A stretch of DNA of 64,000 nt. It comes from Phyllobates terribilis. Taxonomy: Eukaryota. The translations under genes and the position numbers were made by a program. Positions within the stretch are counted from its first letter, which is position 1. Every line of letters starts with the position of its first letter. Below are positions 27,615 to 43,831 of this stretch, one piece after another. The stretch lies in the NCBI RefSeq assembly GCF_046119375.1, contig NW_027362767.1, positions 415,214,001-415,278,000 of the forward strand, given 5' to 3'. The notes beneath the pieces were generated by a model that did not search any database, had not been told where the DNA came from, and worked only from the letters and a program-made list of their open reading frames with translations.

Positions 27615-30600
27615 AACATAGTTTTGGTCAATGAGGCCTACAATGTTTCTAGGACAGAATAGCTCCATAATCTGATGGAATACAGCTCTGAATGAAACGC
27701 AGCGATACAGTAAATGTCCCAAGTACGTCTATAGGTGGCTACAGGGGTTGCAGACGGAGCCCAGGAACTGAAGATAAGGGGGGCTTATAGGGTCCCTTTG
27801 GCTCCTGTGCACCAGCTTGCTCTGATCACTGCTTTTTAACCATTTAAATGATATTGTCAATCACTGAAAGCAGCAATTAAATAGTTGTTTGCACAAGTAC
27901 CGGCGCCAATTGATTGTTATGGCTGTCGGGGGCCTGCTGAAAGCCCCCAGAACTGCCATCTTGGCTCCCTCTATGAAGACCAGCCCGTGGGGACTGTCAT
28001 TTTCTCTATATACTACAGCACTATAGTATTTTGGTTTATAGTATAAGCGATCAAATGATCACATGTTCAAGGGATTAAATGATCATTTGAATATTAATCA
28101 GTACATTTTTCAAAAATATTAAATATAAAAGTTGAAATCAACCCCTCTTTCCCATCTATAAAACAAAGAAATAATTAAAAAAAATAGATAAACATTTGGT
28201 ACCATCATGCCCATAAAAGACCAATCTACCAAATATTAAATAATATAATCTGTCAAAAAAAAAATTATGCCAGAATTGCCTTTTATTTTTAGTGGCTCGA
28301 ACTGCCTAGAGAAAATGCAATAAAAATGGATCAAAACGACATGTACCCGAAGACGGTACCAATGAAAAAACGTAAACTTATCATGCAATAATCAAGACCT
28401 CATACAACTTCACTGAAAAAATAAAAAAAAAGTTACAGCTCTCAGAAAATAGAGGCACATAGAAATTTTATTTTTCCACAAAAAGATCTGAATTCTTTTA
28501 GACATTAAAAATTAGGAAAAAAAATATGTAAAAATTGTACAAGTTTGGTATCTCCATCATCGCAATAACCCGGAGAAGTATATCATTTTTACTACACAAC
28601 GAATGCAATAAAAGTAAAATTAAAATAAAACAATGGTTGAATTGTAGGGGGTCTTTACCATTTCTCCACACAACTTTTTTCTAATTTTTCAACATGTTAT
28701 ATGGCAAAGTGGTTGGTGTCATTCAACACCGCAACTCATGCCACAAAAAAAAAATAAAGCCGTAAAATGGTTATGCAAAAAAAAAAGCTAAAAGTTATGG
28801 CTCTTTGAAAGTGGGGAAAAAAAAAAAAAAAAAAAGTGCAAAAATGAAAAATGACCATAGAGAAGACCCTTGGGGATGTGTATGGCCATGCAGCGTCCTT
28901 ACAGAAAACCCTGAGCAAGAAGGAAAGTTGTGGGGCATCTTGAATAAAGTAGCCTAACATATACTGTACTTTCAGATGATGTAAAACCCAGCAACCTGCT
29001 CCGCTCATGCAGCTCCTATTGAGCAAGAATTAACCATAGACTAATGCAGATGTGTTTAGTAATTGAGGGGTTAATTATAATCACCCCCTCCCTAATTACA
29101 GACCAAGTAGGTTATAAAGTTAATGAGCAGAGTTGCTCCTGTGTGGAGCTCTGTGAATGGTAAGGGCTTTGTGTTTGCTGGGTAGGACCTGAGCAGAGGG
29201 GGATTGTTTGGTGGGTCACAATGGCTGTGAAACTGAGGCCTAATGTGGATGATGAGCATTACTTGTTGAGATGTGCTGTATATGTGGTATAATAATGAAT
29301 ACTGGGGTTTGAGAGCGCAAAAATAAGAAATATGGCATGGGCTTATGTCACAAAGTAGTTAGGAGCCATAGATGGTACTGAATGTAGGGGCAGTTCACAC
29401 TGAAAGGGGAAAGACTTGGTACTTAAAGTGGTTTTCCCATGAATGGAAGTTCATTTTAGTCAATGAACAATGGATGTGTTTTAAATAAAATGTTCCTGTG
29501 CTGAGATAATCTTCTAAATGTGCCCCTGCTGTGTCTGACTGTGCAGGGACATGGTCTGATCATACCACAGCTCCTGGGCGGGGGGGAAGTATACAGACAT
29601 TACAGCAGAGGATCACAGCTGATTCTTTTTGTTTGTTTAAAAACAGGTAGGGAAATGTTTTACCTAACAATCAGCTGTGATTCCCCCCCCCCCCCCATTT
29701 TGTTGCCACAAAATTGCAATAACGGGCGATCAAAACATCGGATCTACCCCAAAATGTTATCAATAAAAACGTCAGCCCGGCGTGCAAAAAAGAAGCCCTC
29801 ACCCAGCCCCAGATCCTGAAAAATGGAGATGCTACAGGTCTTGGAAAATGGTGCTATTTTTTTTTTTTTTTTTTTTACCAAATCTTGGAATTTTTTTTTC
29901 ACCACTTAAGTATAAAAGAACCTATACATTTTTGGTGTCTATGAACTCGTAATGACCTGTAGAATAAGAATGGCAGGTCAGTTTTAGCATTCAGTGAATG
30001 TGGTAAAAAAATAAATAAATAAACTGTGGTATTGCACTTTTTTTGCAATTTTACCGCACTTGGATTTTTTTTCCCGTACATGATATGCTAAAACTAGTAA
30101 TGGCGTTGAAAACTACAACTCATCCTGCAAAAAATAAGCCCTCACATGGCCATATTGACCAAACAATAAAAAAGCTATGGCTCTGTGAACAAAAAACGAA
30201 AAAGCAAAAATGACAAAACCCAAGGTTGTGAAAGGGTTAAGCATTGTATGTGTATAGGGAAAGGAGGGGGATAAATGGGGTGTGCTGAGAGGGGTGTGCA
30301 TACAGGTGTACTGTGTGTGTAACTTAAAGCTCGTGGGCCCCAATGCAAAATTCCCGAAGGGACCCTCAACTATGGTGGGTCTTTACTAGCATTGGTCTCT
30401 TCGCCCTTTGGTTCTTCTCTGGCACCAGGGCCCGGTGTGACCGCAGCCCTTGCCCCAGGCTACATGTGAGACACATTGGAGTCTGTGCTGATTTCCCTCC
30501 TATTTCCAGTGAGTGCTGCTCTGGGAGGAGGAGGAGGAGGGAGCCAGAGCTGCTGAAGGGAGGGATGGAGAGACAGGGGAGGGATAAAGGGGGAGCAGCA

Positions 30601-31875
30601 GGGACGATCTGGGCTGGGTGACCACCAGCTTTCTGCGGTTTGGGGACAAGGACTTGTCACGTGTTTGGACTCTTGTCCTCCCTGTGGTGAGTGCCCCTTC
30701 CCTCCCTGTACTCTGGCCCTGCTGCACCTCACCCTGTCCCCCCTCCTCCCTGCTGTCACAGCCCCTCAGCCCTGCTGCCTGTCACCCCCTGCACACAGTC
30801 CCTGTCCTGCTCCCATCCCCTCGGTCCCTGCAGTCTCTGCTGGAGGTGACCATCTTGTGTCTGGTGGGGTCTCTATCCTGTGACTTCATGTTCAATGCAT
30901 GCTTTCTCCCACCCCTCCCTTCTTTCTCGCCATCCCCTTTAAAATTCACTTATGTACCCCATAAGGGGTTAAAAATAAGACCAGCCCGATGCAATCCCTA
31001 ATATCCTTGTGATCCAGTGGGTCCGAGACTTGCAATAACTGTGGTGGGACCACCCGTATCTATTGTTATATTGTCATTATGAGCCTCCGGAAGACGCGGC
31101 AGCTGTTTTAGAAGTCTGTAATAATCCTGTAACCCTTGGCTTGCCACGTTGTATGGCCTTGATTATCCTTTGTAGTTCTGGGAGGTGCACTGTGATGGCC
31201 AAGGGTTACATTGTGTGTACCCCAATACATCTTGCAGGTTAATTAGGTGCCATGACTTGTTGGAAGGGTATTTCATGTAACCCTATCAGCGGTCAATGGG
31301 TTAAGAGTCCAAAAGAGTATACAATGGTTTACTTAACCCAACGAAGTTCAGAAGGGGGGTCCGGAGCAGGTTCAGCATAAGCTTGGGGTGGCAGAGATGA
31401 CTTGGCCATTAGAGGAACACTCACTGGCTCCTCAGGGTGGTGCCCGGGCACAACAAGGCCGAGAGGTCTGGTATTTCTAATATTTGCCACTTGCTCGGAT
31501 CCAAGGTCCGGTCTGTCATCTATAGCTGCTTCTATCATGGCGCTGGAATGTCCCGGGGGCTTTGCTGTTCCCCAGAGGCTTTTATCACCTCTTAAGTTTT
31601 GGTACCAAATTTAGCCGTTCGGCTGCTCGGACCATGCATTCTGTTTATTGTCCTCCGCCTGGAGACCGCTGGGTGTTTGTGTCAATGTATACGTTTCTGG
31701 TCATTGCTGTCATTCCTTCTTGTAGGATGTGAAGTCAGGAAGGAAACAAGAGGACGAGAGGAACTCATCCACGCAGGAGACCGAGGGAGGAAAACCAACG
31801 GCAACCACAGAAGAAAGGGCTGAAGGAGAGGTCTTTTGGCAATCCCCTACTTGGGGCTTAAAAAAAAATCTAAAA

Positions 31876-34549
<2,674 letters not shown>

Positions 34550-36871
34550 GTCGTCAGCCCGCTGGTCATATAGGGGGCAGCCTCCCCTCTTATATCGTCA
34601 TACAGCAAACATATCCGTCTCTGGTTTACTGGTCTCATACATATTACACCGACGCGCGCCGCCTGTAGCACTGTGTGCTTCTACATATCTAGGAACAGTC
34701 CAAGGCTGCCTGTAGTTATCTGGAATTTATATAGATTTTTTTTTTTTCATTTCTTCCTATAGATGACAGGACATGGACATGCCCGCCTGGAATTGCTGAA
34801 TCCGGTTATTGTGGGATGTCGACTCTTTAGTGGCTTATATAGTTCATAAATAAACATTCCAGCAAAAAATACACCCATATCAGAACATTGGAGGCTTTTT
34901 CAGGGCCTGGTTTTTGGATGAAACAATTTTTTTTTTATTTTTTTTTTCCTCTACCAGTATCTAGCTCAAGCCTACATCGCTGTAATGTCTTATATGACCA
35001 CTAGATGGTGCTTACAAGCACCTGAAGAATGCAATATACTCTATGGTTAGAACTGTTGGTATTTCTAAGGTCTAAAACAAATCTGATTAATAGTCCCAGC
35101 TGTGATGGAGGAGAATATGGTTTAATTGCCACAATGTCTGTTTTTTTTCAGTACATTGTCCAGGGTTGTTAAGCACATTCTCAGCAATGAGTCTGTCCCT
35201 GTTTGTGGGTTTCTAGGTTTCCATTTCATAGTTAAATTAGACTTTTTTCAGTGTTTAATTCACTTTTTTTCTAGAATTTTTGCTCTTTAGATTTATTATT
35301 TTTTTTTTTTCAGATGGGAACACCTTAAAGCAGTTTACATAGCATTGTAGTAATACTATGGTTTATATAAAGGGAATTAGTTTTTCTTTTTTTCTGGTGC
35401 AAAGTAGTACTCCTGTGTCCTTTATATTCGATCAACTACCCATAGTATGATTCAATGTATATTTGCCCCCTAAACATCGTGGTGGATATATTTATTTATT
35501 TTTTTCTTTTGAGGTGGTGCAAAAAAAATTAACTTTACATCATGCCCCTAACTATTCCTAAACTTTTTTTTTTTTTTTTTTTTTATTTTGCTTAATACCA
35601 TCTCTTCCATCCTTAATTGTTTTTTTTTTTTTTTGTTTTTTTTTTCCTGCAGCTGTAGTCACAGGTTTAAGAACACTACTCTAAAGCAATGCACGTTGTG
35701 CAGCAATCAGCCAGTTGACCACTAGGGGGCGATGCACCTATTCTGACTGTCGTTCACCACTTGTCTTGACACTTCTTCATCTTGAATGTAACAATTGTGA
35801 TTGTCAGCAGCACATCCCGCCTGTCGGATCTTGGCTGGCGATCTGCCGATTTTTGCCTTTTGGTGCTATTTTTTGCTTGGATGGAGGTATTGGGAAGAGT
35901 TTACCCCTGTGGTTTGAGCAAGTGATTGATGTGTTTCACTTGTTAAATGCATTTTCTGTCCCTTTAACAGTCAGTTGGAGAACTTGTACCTTGTCAACCT
36001 CTGTTCTCTCATCTAATATGCTGGAAACTGATTTTTTTTTTTTTTTTGTTTTTTAACACTTTTGAATTTATAAATAAACTGCTTCAAGACAATGACCTGT
36101 CTGATACATTTCTTCTAACATACTGGGGAACGGATGGCGTGAAATATCACTTCATAGTAGTTGGTGTATGCTTACAGAAAATTAATGTACAAGGCAAAGT
36201 CACGGACTCTGATTCATCAAGATTGGTGATTTTTCTCACGGTCTTGATAAGGGAGCGTGTAGGAGTCAAAAGCTCCTGATTCATTAAGTAGCACACCAAC
36301 ATCTGACAAGTGGCGTGCACCTCACCTGAAATTTTACTCTTCTGCCTGGAGTGAGGTCTTGCTTGACGTTGTCACCTTTTGGGTTTTGGAGTTGGTAGAT
36401 CTCGTCTGTTGGTTCTAAAGGCAACAATATCTGCCTCTTTAATTGCACTTTCCAGAGTCATTTCTCTCCAGTGACCTTTTTAGTTCCAATGATCTTCTTT
36501 TTAAGAGACTCAAAAGTTGAACAAATCTTTTGTAAAAATAAGAATTTTCCTTTTTTTGGGAAAGTCTAATGGCACTTTTGGTGTGGGCACTTCTCATGTC
36601 CAATAAACGGTTTACGGTGGACTTTAGAAGTGTCTCTCCAAACTATTAATACATCTTAAAATGAATGTCTGGGGTCATTTTATTTATCTTTGGACATGTG
36701 ATCAGCAAAAAAAAAAAAAACTTTCCCAATCTCATCAAGCCAAATGGATGTTGGCAAGGGTTGGGGCAACAGCTGTCCCCATCACAGTTCCACATCTGCT
36801 GATGGTAACGGCCATCAAGGAGGAAGTAGTTATGATTTTAATCTAAATCGTAATAAGGAAAGTACAAATAG

Positions 36872-38092
36872 TGTCAGGGATTCACAGTGACGACACCAGG
36901 GAGATCACGCAATATCCCACCGCTGCCATCATTCAGGATTGAGCAGGAGTTAGTGCGCACACGATCCCGATTACTTGCTACATGGGTATCAGCAAGTGCA
37001 CGTATGGCGTACACACCTCCGTATTCCAACGCATGGAATGTGTATACGCCCCAGTACGGTCACTGCCAGCTTCACGATAACCCACTTGTTCACTGCCACC
37101 ACCGACCAAATTTGAGCTACAATACAGGCCTGGTTGGACGTCTGCTTTCTGGCAGCGTATGGCTTCGGGGGAGGGAACGATTACAGAACAAAAGAAACAA
37201 GACTATTAAATTTTATATTTAATCCAAAAGGGAGGCAGTGTTCATGAAAAATATACAAAAGGTGACATAGTACAGAATATACAGTTACACAACATAGGTT
37301 GAGAGAAGAACTTGCTATAAAGATCGCAGAGATGATTCCGTATAGTTAGAGGGAAGCACTCCTATGACCGTTCAGCAAAAGTGACCTGTGTTACATATCG
37401 AGATGTACTTCCAACAGGAGTCCTGACCCACCTTCGGCTGGGTCTTTTATGTCAAAGGGGGAGACCTGCCCACACACCCCCTGTGATGAGCTCATGTGGG
37501 CTGCGCTCCAGCCTTCATATTTTTATTAGAATCTCTAACTTCTGGGATAACGTATCACTGGTTGATCACAGAAGCTTGCAAGTGATGCCATATTTTCCAT
37601 TATGAATTTACCTTTCTTTAGAGACCACAACTGACATAGCTGCGGTCTGTTATTCTATACTTTTTGCATTATCGCTCATCGGACGGGCTCACAGCCATGG
37701 AAGATTATGTATATTGTTCCTTAGCTGACCCTGACACTAAAAATATGGGCCCCATTATCTGAGGTATAGAACTCTAGATATTCCCTACTTCGCGTCGGTG
37801 CTGGACAGACTGTAGCTTTCTGTTGAATTCTTTTGAAGCCCGGGACTATTTCTCTCTCACCTAGGTGTAGATTTATCGCAAGCCTGTGCCACTGGAAAAT
37901 ACTCGCATGTTAATTGGGTTAGCAGTTCCCTTTGTGTTAGCATTTGCCTACTAGGCATTTCTCCTGTGTGTGTGCGCTAATTTGCATACAGACAGCTCTG
38001 TAGATTGTCAGCTCTGCTACTCTGACAAACAGTATATAGGAGGGGGAGTGAGAAGTTTCAGGGGGAGAGACAAATCCTTAATATTTTTGACA
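36872..38092. mobile_element. Possible solo LTR (ERV-like)
   Basis: About 1.2-kb block starting TGTCA and ending TGACA, non-coding and compositionally distinct from its flanks. No clear TSD found. Confidence 0.3.
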
Positions 38093-38349
38093 GTATGCAT
38101 ACTGTTAGTCATAGTCTCAAGATAAGAAAAATAGCTACTTAGCCTCTCCTTGTTTTATAATGGTGTGTATAGACGGTGTAGATCACAAGCTGCAAAAAAT
38201 TCATGTTTCAAGGTGCTTCCCTTAGATATTTCAAGAATTTGCATGCAAGTGGAAGATATTTAAAGAATTTGCAAGTGGAAATAGGGTATATTTATTCACT
38301 TTTTTTTTTTTTCCCCTTTGTGCCTTTTATTCTTACACCATAGATTACT

Positions 38350-38660
38350 GAACCTGAGTTACATCCTGTATTATTCTCCAGAGCTGCACTCACTATTCTG
38401 CTGGTGCAGTCACTGTGTACATACATTACAGTACTGATCCTGAGTTACATCCTGTATTATACTCCAGAGCTGCACTCACTATTCTGCTGGTGCAGTCACT
38501 GTGTACATACATTACATTACTGATCCTGTACTGATCCTGAGTTACATCCTGTATTATTCTCCAGAGCTGCACTCACTATTCTGCTGGTGCAGTCACTGTG
38601 TACATACAGTACTGATCCTGAGTTACATCCTGTATTATACTCCGGAGCTGCGCTCACTCC
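38350..38660. repeat. About 100-bp tandem satellite, inverted copy of the 575-890 family
   Basis: gagttacatcctgtattatactccagagctgcactcactattctgctggtgcagtcactgtgtacatacattacattactgatcct repeated about 3 times. Confidence 0.85.
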
Positions 38661-38988
38661 ATTAGCTGAAGGTGATAAGGTAAGCAATGTGGCTGTACAT
38701 TTTGGAAAGGGCGATTACAGCAGCATTACACAATCAAAAAAAACAACTTAGAAAGCAAGATTGAGATTCCCCATGAACTTGTTTGATATTTTTCTAAAAC
38801 TGGAGATAAGCGTCATACATGCATCGAGTGCATCGCTGATCCCCACAGGAAACATAAGGATCGGATATGCCAATAGGAAACTCTCTCCGGCAGAGGATGA
38901 TTGTAGGGTCTTCAACATGATAAAAAGGAAATCCTGAAAACTCCTTCCTCCCAGGAGTTCTCCACGTTTACCGCCATTCCTTTTGCTG

Positions 38989-41900
38989 TCACATGATATT
39001 TGCATATATCGTATTAAGACTCCTGGAAGCTTTTCTAGAAGGATCCCAGATGATTTCCAGCTCCACATAAGAAACTTCTGTGTCCTAGAAAAATTAGCAC
39101 AATTAAATATCAGTATGTCATTCCCTGTATCTCCAGAAGGGGGCGATGCTGGAGCAGTTGATACTCACTGTCTCCACTTTAGGAATACTTAGGTCGGGGC
39201 CAAGATTTTCTGTGAGCGGGAAGTTGTCTCCTCTCACTCCGTCTGTACAAAGAAAAAAATGGAGGGTTCACATACTTAAAGATCCAAAAAGTCTACCTGT
39301 TCCATTTATTCTGCTACTTTGCTCTTGGAAACAGTCAGCAGTTTGGCTCCCAACCTGACATGTGACTGTTATTTGAGCACCCACAATGCACTGCTCTGAT
39401 ACAACAGGAAACCAGCAGAATTGTGAATGTATCTTAAGCTATAACCAGAGAAGACATCATGTAAGGCGAAACATAGTCACAGAAACTAAGTGAACCCCTT
39501 ATAGGAAATATTTCAGTCTTACCTTTGTGATGTTGATGGGGAACGGATTTTCGTCTTCTAAAAGAAATAAAAAAAAAAAAAAATGTAAAAAAATTCATAA
39601 AATGATGGTTTCAGTATCGGAAAAATAATATTTATTAACCCCTTTTGTGCACTTGCACTTTTTCATTTTTGCTCTCTCGATTTGTTTTTTTCTTTTCTCC
39701 CCCTTCTTCCAAAAGCCATAACTTTATTTATCCATCAACACGAGGGCTTGTTTGTTTTTTTTTGCGGGACGGTCCTTACTAGTTATATGGTTAAAATTAT
39801 GTGCTAAAAAAACGGAAAAAAATCCAAATGGTGTGAAAGGGTGGATAAAAATACATATAGATATATATATTTATATACACACACATTATTTTTTTTCGCC
39901 ACTTTAAAAAAATTCAGAATTTTGAAAAAAATAAAAATGGCAATTCCGACTTTTTGTTTTATTGTTGTTTTTTTTCTCTCTGGCGTTTAACGTATGGTAT
40001 AAATAATTTCTTTGTTAGGTTTCAACTTTTACAGACCAATGCAGCAATACCGGATGTTTATTTTTCAAGCTTCTCGACCCATATGTCATATGAAAGAGGA
40101 CTCCGCGTGTATCGCCACAAGAGTTGGCTTCCTCAGGAGCGATACGCATGGGTCCCTTTTCCCATACAGTGCTTTTTTTATGAGCCAAATTTGCCGGGTG
40201 ACTCTGTGGTTAGCAATCAATCAGTATACAGGTGCTGCCCGCTCCATTGTTTCTTCTATATATTGCAATACTCAAGTTTAAAGTGAAAAATTTACAATTC
40301 CAGGCTTTGCTTCAAAGGAGGACTGAGATGGCAGTGATGGAAGCCTTCAGTAGATCCCTCCTGCTTTCCTCCATGGTAACCCATCTACTACCCTCAGTCT
40401 CATGGTGGGGGGGATGATGAGAGCTGCTGTGCGGGTACACTGGCAACCAATCCTTTTAAGGCCTGTTCACATGCTGCATTTTGGCTTTTGCAGATTTGAA
40501 CCATTTCATATTTTTTTTCTCTGAAATCTGCAGTATGTAAATTCTTTCTGTGTTTTTGCAGCATTTTTCACCCATTTAAATGGATGGGGAAAAATTGCAT
40601 AAAATTGCATCACAAAATGCCGCAAAATTGATCATATTTTATGCAGCACTTTTCCTAACAACGCTCTGGTTTTTGTAGAAGAAAAGTCTCCTGCAAATAC
40701 TAAACATACCCTTAAAGTGGTTGTTCAGGTTTGGCATGAAAGTCTGCAGTCCCTGTGTGAATCCTCACATCGTGCTGTCAGGATTCATTGGTGCCTACGT
40801 CGGGAGCAGGCGGTCACGTGACCCCAGATATGCATACTTTTGGCCACATTCCGACTAGACGTGCGCAGCCTCGCTCAATACAAGTGAATTGTATGAGGCT
40901 GCTCACTTCTAGTCGGAATGTGGCCAGAAGAATGTATGAAACTGGCTGTATGCATGAAACTATCATGAGCTCCCCCCTAGTGGTGGCTGCATGCAGTCAG
41001 AATGATATCATTGATCAATTTCCTTCTTTCTTGCAGAGAGCTCATTTACATACTTTTTTTCCCATAGGGAATTGCCAGAAAAACTCCAGACACATCTGCT
41101 CTTTGTTAAGGGAAGTCAGACAAAGCTAAGAAAACGTCAGAAATGGGATGGGTATCTGTTAAAGAAACAGTTCAATAAATTTTTAAGGAGTTGTCCACTT
41201 CAGGGGACATATTTTTGTTTACTTAAATGCAGCAAGCAGAGATCTAGAGAGACACACGACTCTCTGTATTTCAGACTTATTGATGTCACCCCCTACCTGC
41301 TTCGCTTCCTTATACAGATGCCCGATGTGACCGATATCACGAGGATGAGAAGTAGAAGCGCCGCAGTCGCGATGGTCAGCAGGATTGTGGTGGACACCGC
41401 GGAGGGAGGGACCGAGATTTCGTCTTACATATGAGCAAAGAAACAATTTGTAAATGATGACTGTAATACAGGCCTGAGACTTAGGGGGCAGCACTGGGAC
41501 AAAAGATTACTAGGAAAATAGAGTGTAAGCTCTGCGGGAGAGAAAGGAGGGATATGTGAGAATAGATGAGCTCATACCTCCTATACCAGTCCCACATTCT
41601 TGCCCAGTGCCCACCAGTCTATGCCACCCCCTACCTACCTGCGTCTTCCTTCTTCTCTTCTTCCTGTGCAGGTGCGGGGGGTCCCAGGTAATACTCCTCC
41701 CTGAGTTTGGGGAACTCCCGCACCTTACATCTCCACAGGCCAGTGTGGTTCTTCTTGTTTTCCAATGGGTACAGTATCCTCTGAGCCGATATCTGGCTGA
41801 AGCGGGCGAGTTTTCCATTCCTCGTGAGGGTGAAGGTGAAATTTTGCTGAGGATAAGCTTTCATGTCCAGGCAGAGGAGACACTGCAGGGTGGGGGTCTT

Positions 41901-42169
41901 ATGTCCAATCAGGAAAGACAGAGAGAGGTAAGGAGACGAAGAAAGCAGGCAACCTAAAGAAATGGGAATGGCTGAATTATTCCCTGACAACAAGCAGAGA
42001 TCTTGAACGTATTGAGGCTTAGAAAGTTACAGAATTTGTCATTATACTCTGCTCAGAGCAGCCATTATCAATGTATATATACCGCGCCGTCCACCTCACC
42101 TTCCATGATGCAGGGCACCACAAGGACCAGTGCCAAAATGACCCGAAAATCCATCCCGTCCCGGTTCAT
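38989..42169 (-). CDS. mpig6b: G6b-B-like inhibitory Ig receptor (Ig-TM-ITIM-ITSM), 238 aa
   Basis: Exons 42169-42100 (signal MNRDGMDFRVILALVLVVPCIME), 41953-41639 (Ig, LQC...GLWRC), 41423-41297 (TM, ILLTIATAALLLLILVISV), 39557-39523, 39242-39169 and 39084-38989 (VSYVEL ITIM, TIYANI ITSM). Phases 1,1,2,1,0 are consistent. Convergent with ddah2, as in human. Confidence 0.72.
40456..40715. mobile_element. TTAA-flanked MITE (T2/Kolobok-like), in a mpig6b intron
   Basis: ttaaggcctgttcacatg ... aaacatacccttaa, with imperfect TIRs between TTAA sites. Many similar elements elsewhere are not listed. Confidence 0.4.
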
Positions 42170-42234
42170 CTTTCCCGTCTGTTCTTCAATTTTTCTGTTT
42201 ATTATCATCCATCACTTTGTTTTAGAACCCAACA

Positions 42235-43030
42235 GCCAGTCACTGTGTCTATACCACCTGTGTGCCAGTCACTGTGTCTATACCACCTGTGTGCCAGTCA
42301 CTGTGTCTATACCACCTGTGTGCCGGTCACTGTGTCTATACCACCTGTGTGCCGGTCATTGTGTCTATACCACCTGTGTGCCGGTCACTGTGTCTATACC
42401 ACCTGTGTGCCAGTCACTGTGTCTATACCACCTGTGTGCCAGTCACTGTGTCTATACCACCTGTGTGCCAGTCACTGTGTCTATACCACCTGTGTGCCGG
42501 TCACTGTGTCTATACCACCTGTGCGCCGGTCACTGTGGCTTTACCACCTGTCTGTTAGTCTCTTTATAGCACTTATGTACCAGCTACTAATTCTCTACTA
42601 ACTATAGTTCACAATACTTGTGTGCCAGCCACTGTATTTATGCCACCTGAGCCTTTGTCTCTTTTCTACCTATTTGGACATTACTTTCTACATCTGTCTG
42701 CCAGTCTCTGTGTCTGTACCTTCTGTGTGTCAGTCTCTGTGTCTGTACTTTCTTTGTGCCAGTCTCTGTGTCTGTACTTGCTGTGTGCCAGTCTGTGTCT
42801 GTACCTCCTGTGTGCCAGTCTCTGTGTCTGTACCTCCTGTGTGCTAGTCTCTGTGTCTGTACCTGCTATGTGCCAGTCTCTGTGCCTGTACTTCCTGTGT
42901 GCCAGTCTCTGTGTCTGTACCCCCTGTGTCCCAGTCACTGTGTCTGTACTTCCTGTATGCCAGTCTCTGTGTCTGTACCTCCTGTGTGCCAGTCTCAGTG
43001 TCTGTACCTCCTGTGTGCCAGTCTGTCTGC
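42235..43030. repeat. Two related 29-bp minisatellite arrays upstream of the mpig6b ATG
   Basis: ccagtcactgtgtctataccacctgtgtg (about 10 units, 42235-42550) and ccagtctctgtgtctgtacctcctgtgtg (about 11 units, 42690-43030). Confidence 0.9.
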
Positions 43031-43284
43031 ATATGAGGGGGCCTCAGTGTCAGTCTGTCCACTTCTTTCACTCTAATCAGAAGGAGATGAGGAAGTGAAG
43101 CTTTATCTGCAACAGGCAGACTCCACATGTTATATCCCTCATCTCTGGGGGATGCCAGCCCGGCTATACATGGGTATAAACCAAAAAACAGAGGAAAGAG
43201 CGGAAACATCCAGAATGACTCATCATTACTTCTTATAACAAGAAGATTATCTGTAAACATAGAATAATGCACAGCCACATGTAC

Positions 43285-43450
43285 ATATGGGCAGTAATAT
43301 AGCAGTTATATTCTTGTATATAGGGGACAGTATTATAGTAGTTATATTCTTGTACACAGGGGGCAGTATTATAGTAGCTATATTCTTGTACATAGGGGGC
43401 AGTATTATAGTAGCTATATTCTTGTACATAGGGGCAGTATTATAGTATGG
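43285..43450. repeat. 36-bp anuran satellite
   Basis: gggggcagtattatagtagttatattcttgtacata, about 5 units. Confidence 0.8.
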
Positions 43451-43831
43451 CAGGGGCATGCTCTCCTCCTCCACCACCCTGTGAACATGGAGGGCGTGCC
43501 ACCCATGTTCTCCACGGTAACGGGTGTAGGCTACTCTGTCTCCGGGGTACTTGGCTGCAGCCGGAGCAGAAGCTGCTTGTGGACGGCCAGTGTCAGCGAC
43601 ACCAGAAGTCAGGGGCATGTCCTCCGCGCTTGCCTTCCGCACATCAAGCGCATACCACCCCCTCTTTCCAGAGTATTGTGGTAACCAGGCCGCTCCTGGG
43701 ATGCATGGCATAGACTGTGGCACTATGTGGGCTGCGGCAGCACCAGCTGTTGGAGCTTCGCCTAAGTTGGGCATCTTTCTCCCCCCCTAGTTCACCCTTG
43801 CTGGGGTAGGACTCACCGCTCCAGATGCTTA
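43447..43831 (-). pseudogene. Degraded older cold-shock-domain ORF remnant (element Z), target of the 43832-53360 insertion
   Basis: Encodes SGKRGWYALDVRK and YPGDRVAYTRYRGEHGWHALHVHRV, homologous to YPGDYVTFTHHKGERGWYALQVYRV of the 49016-50290 ORF. The sequence resumes at 53365 after the CTTA TSD. Confidence 0.65.

Noticed and set aside
28000-30250. Long AT-rich blocks in the CCN-ddah2 intergenic region
   Set aside because: They resemble abundant non-autonomous anuran DNA-transposon remnants. I could not define termini or a family.
40328-40375. Apparent + strand signal-peptide exon (MAVMEAFSRSLLLSSM|gt)
   Set aside because: No downstream + strand exons. The region is an intron of the minus-strand mpig6b.
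42003-43278. Cys-rich ORFs (SLCLYHLCAS repeats)
   Set aside because: They are 29-bp minisatellite translations, not keratin-associated or metallothionein-like genes.
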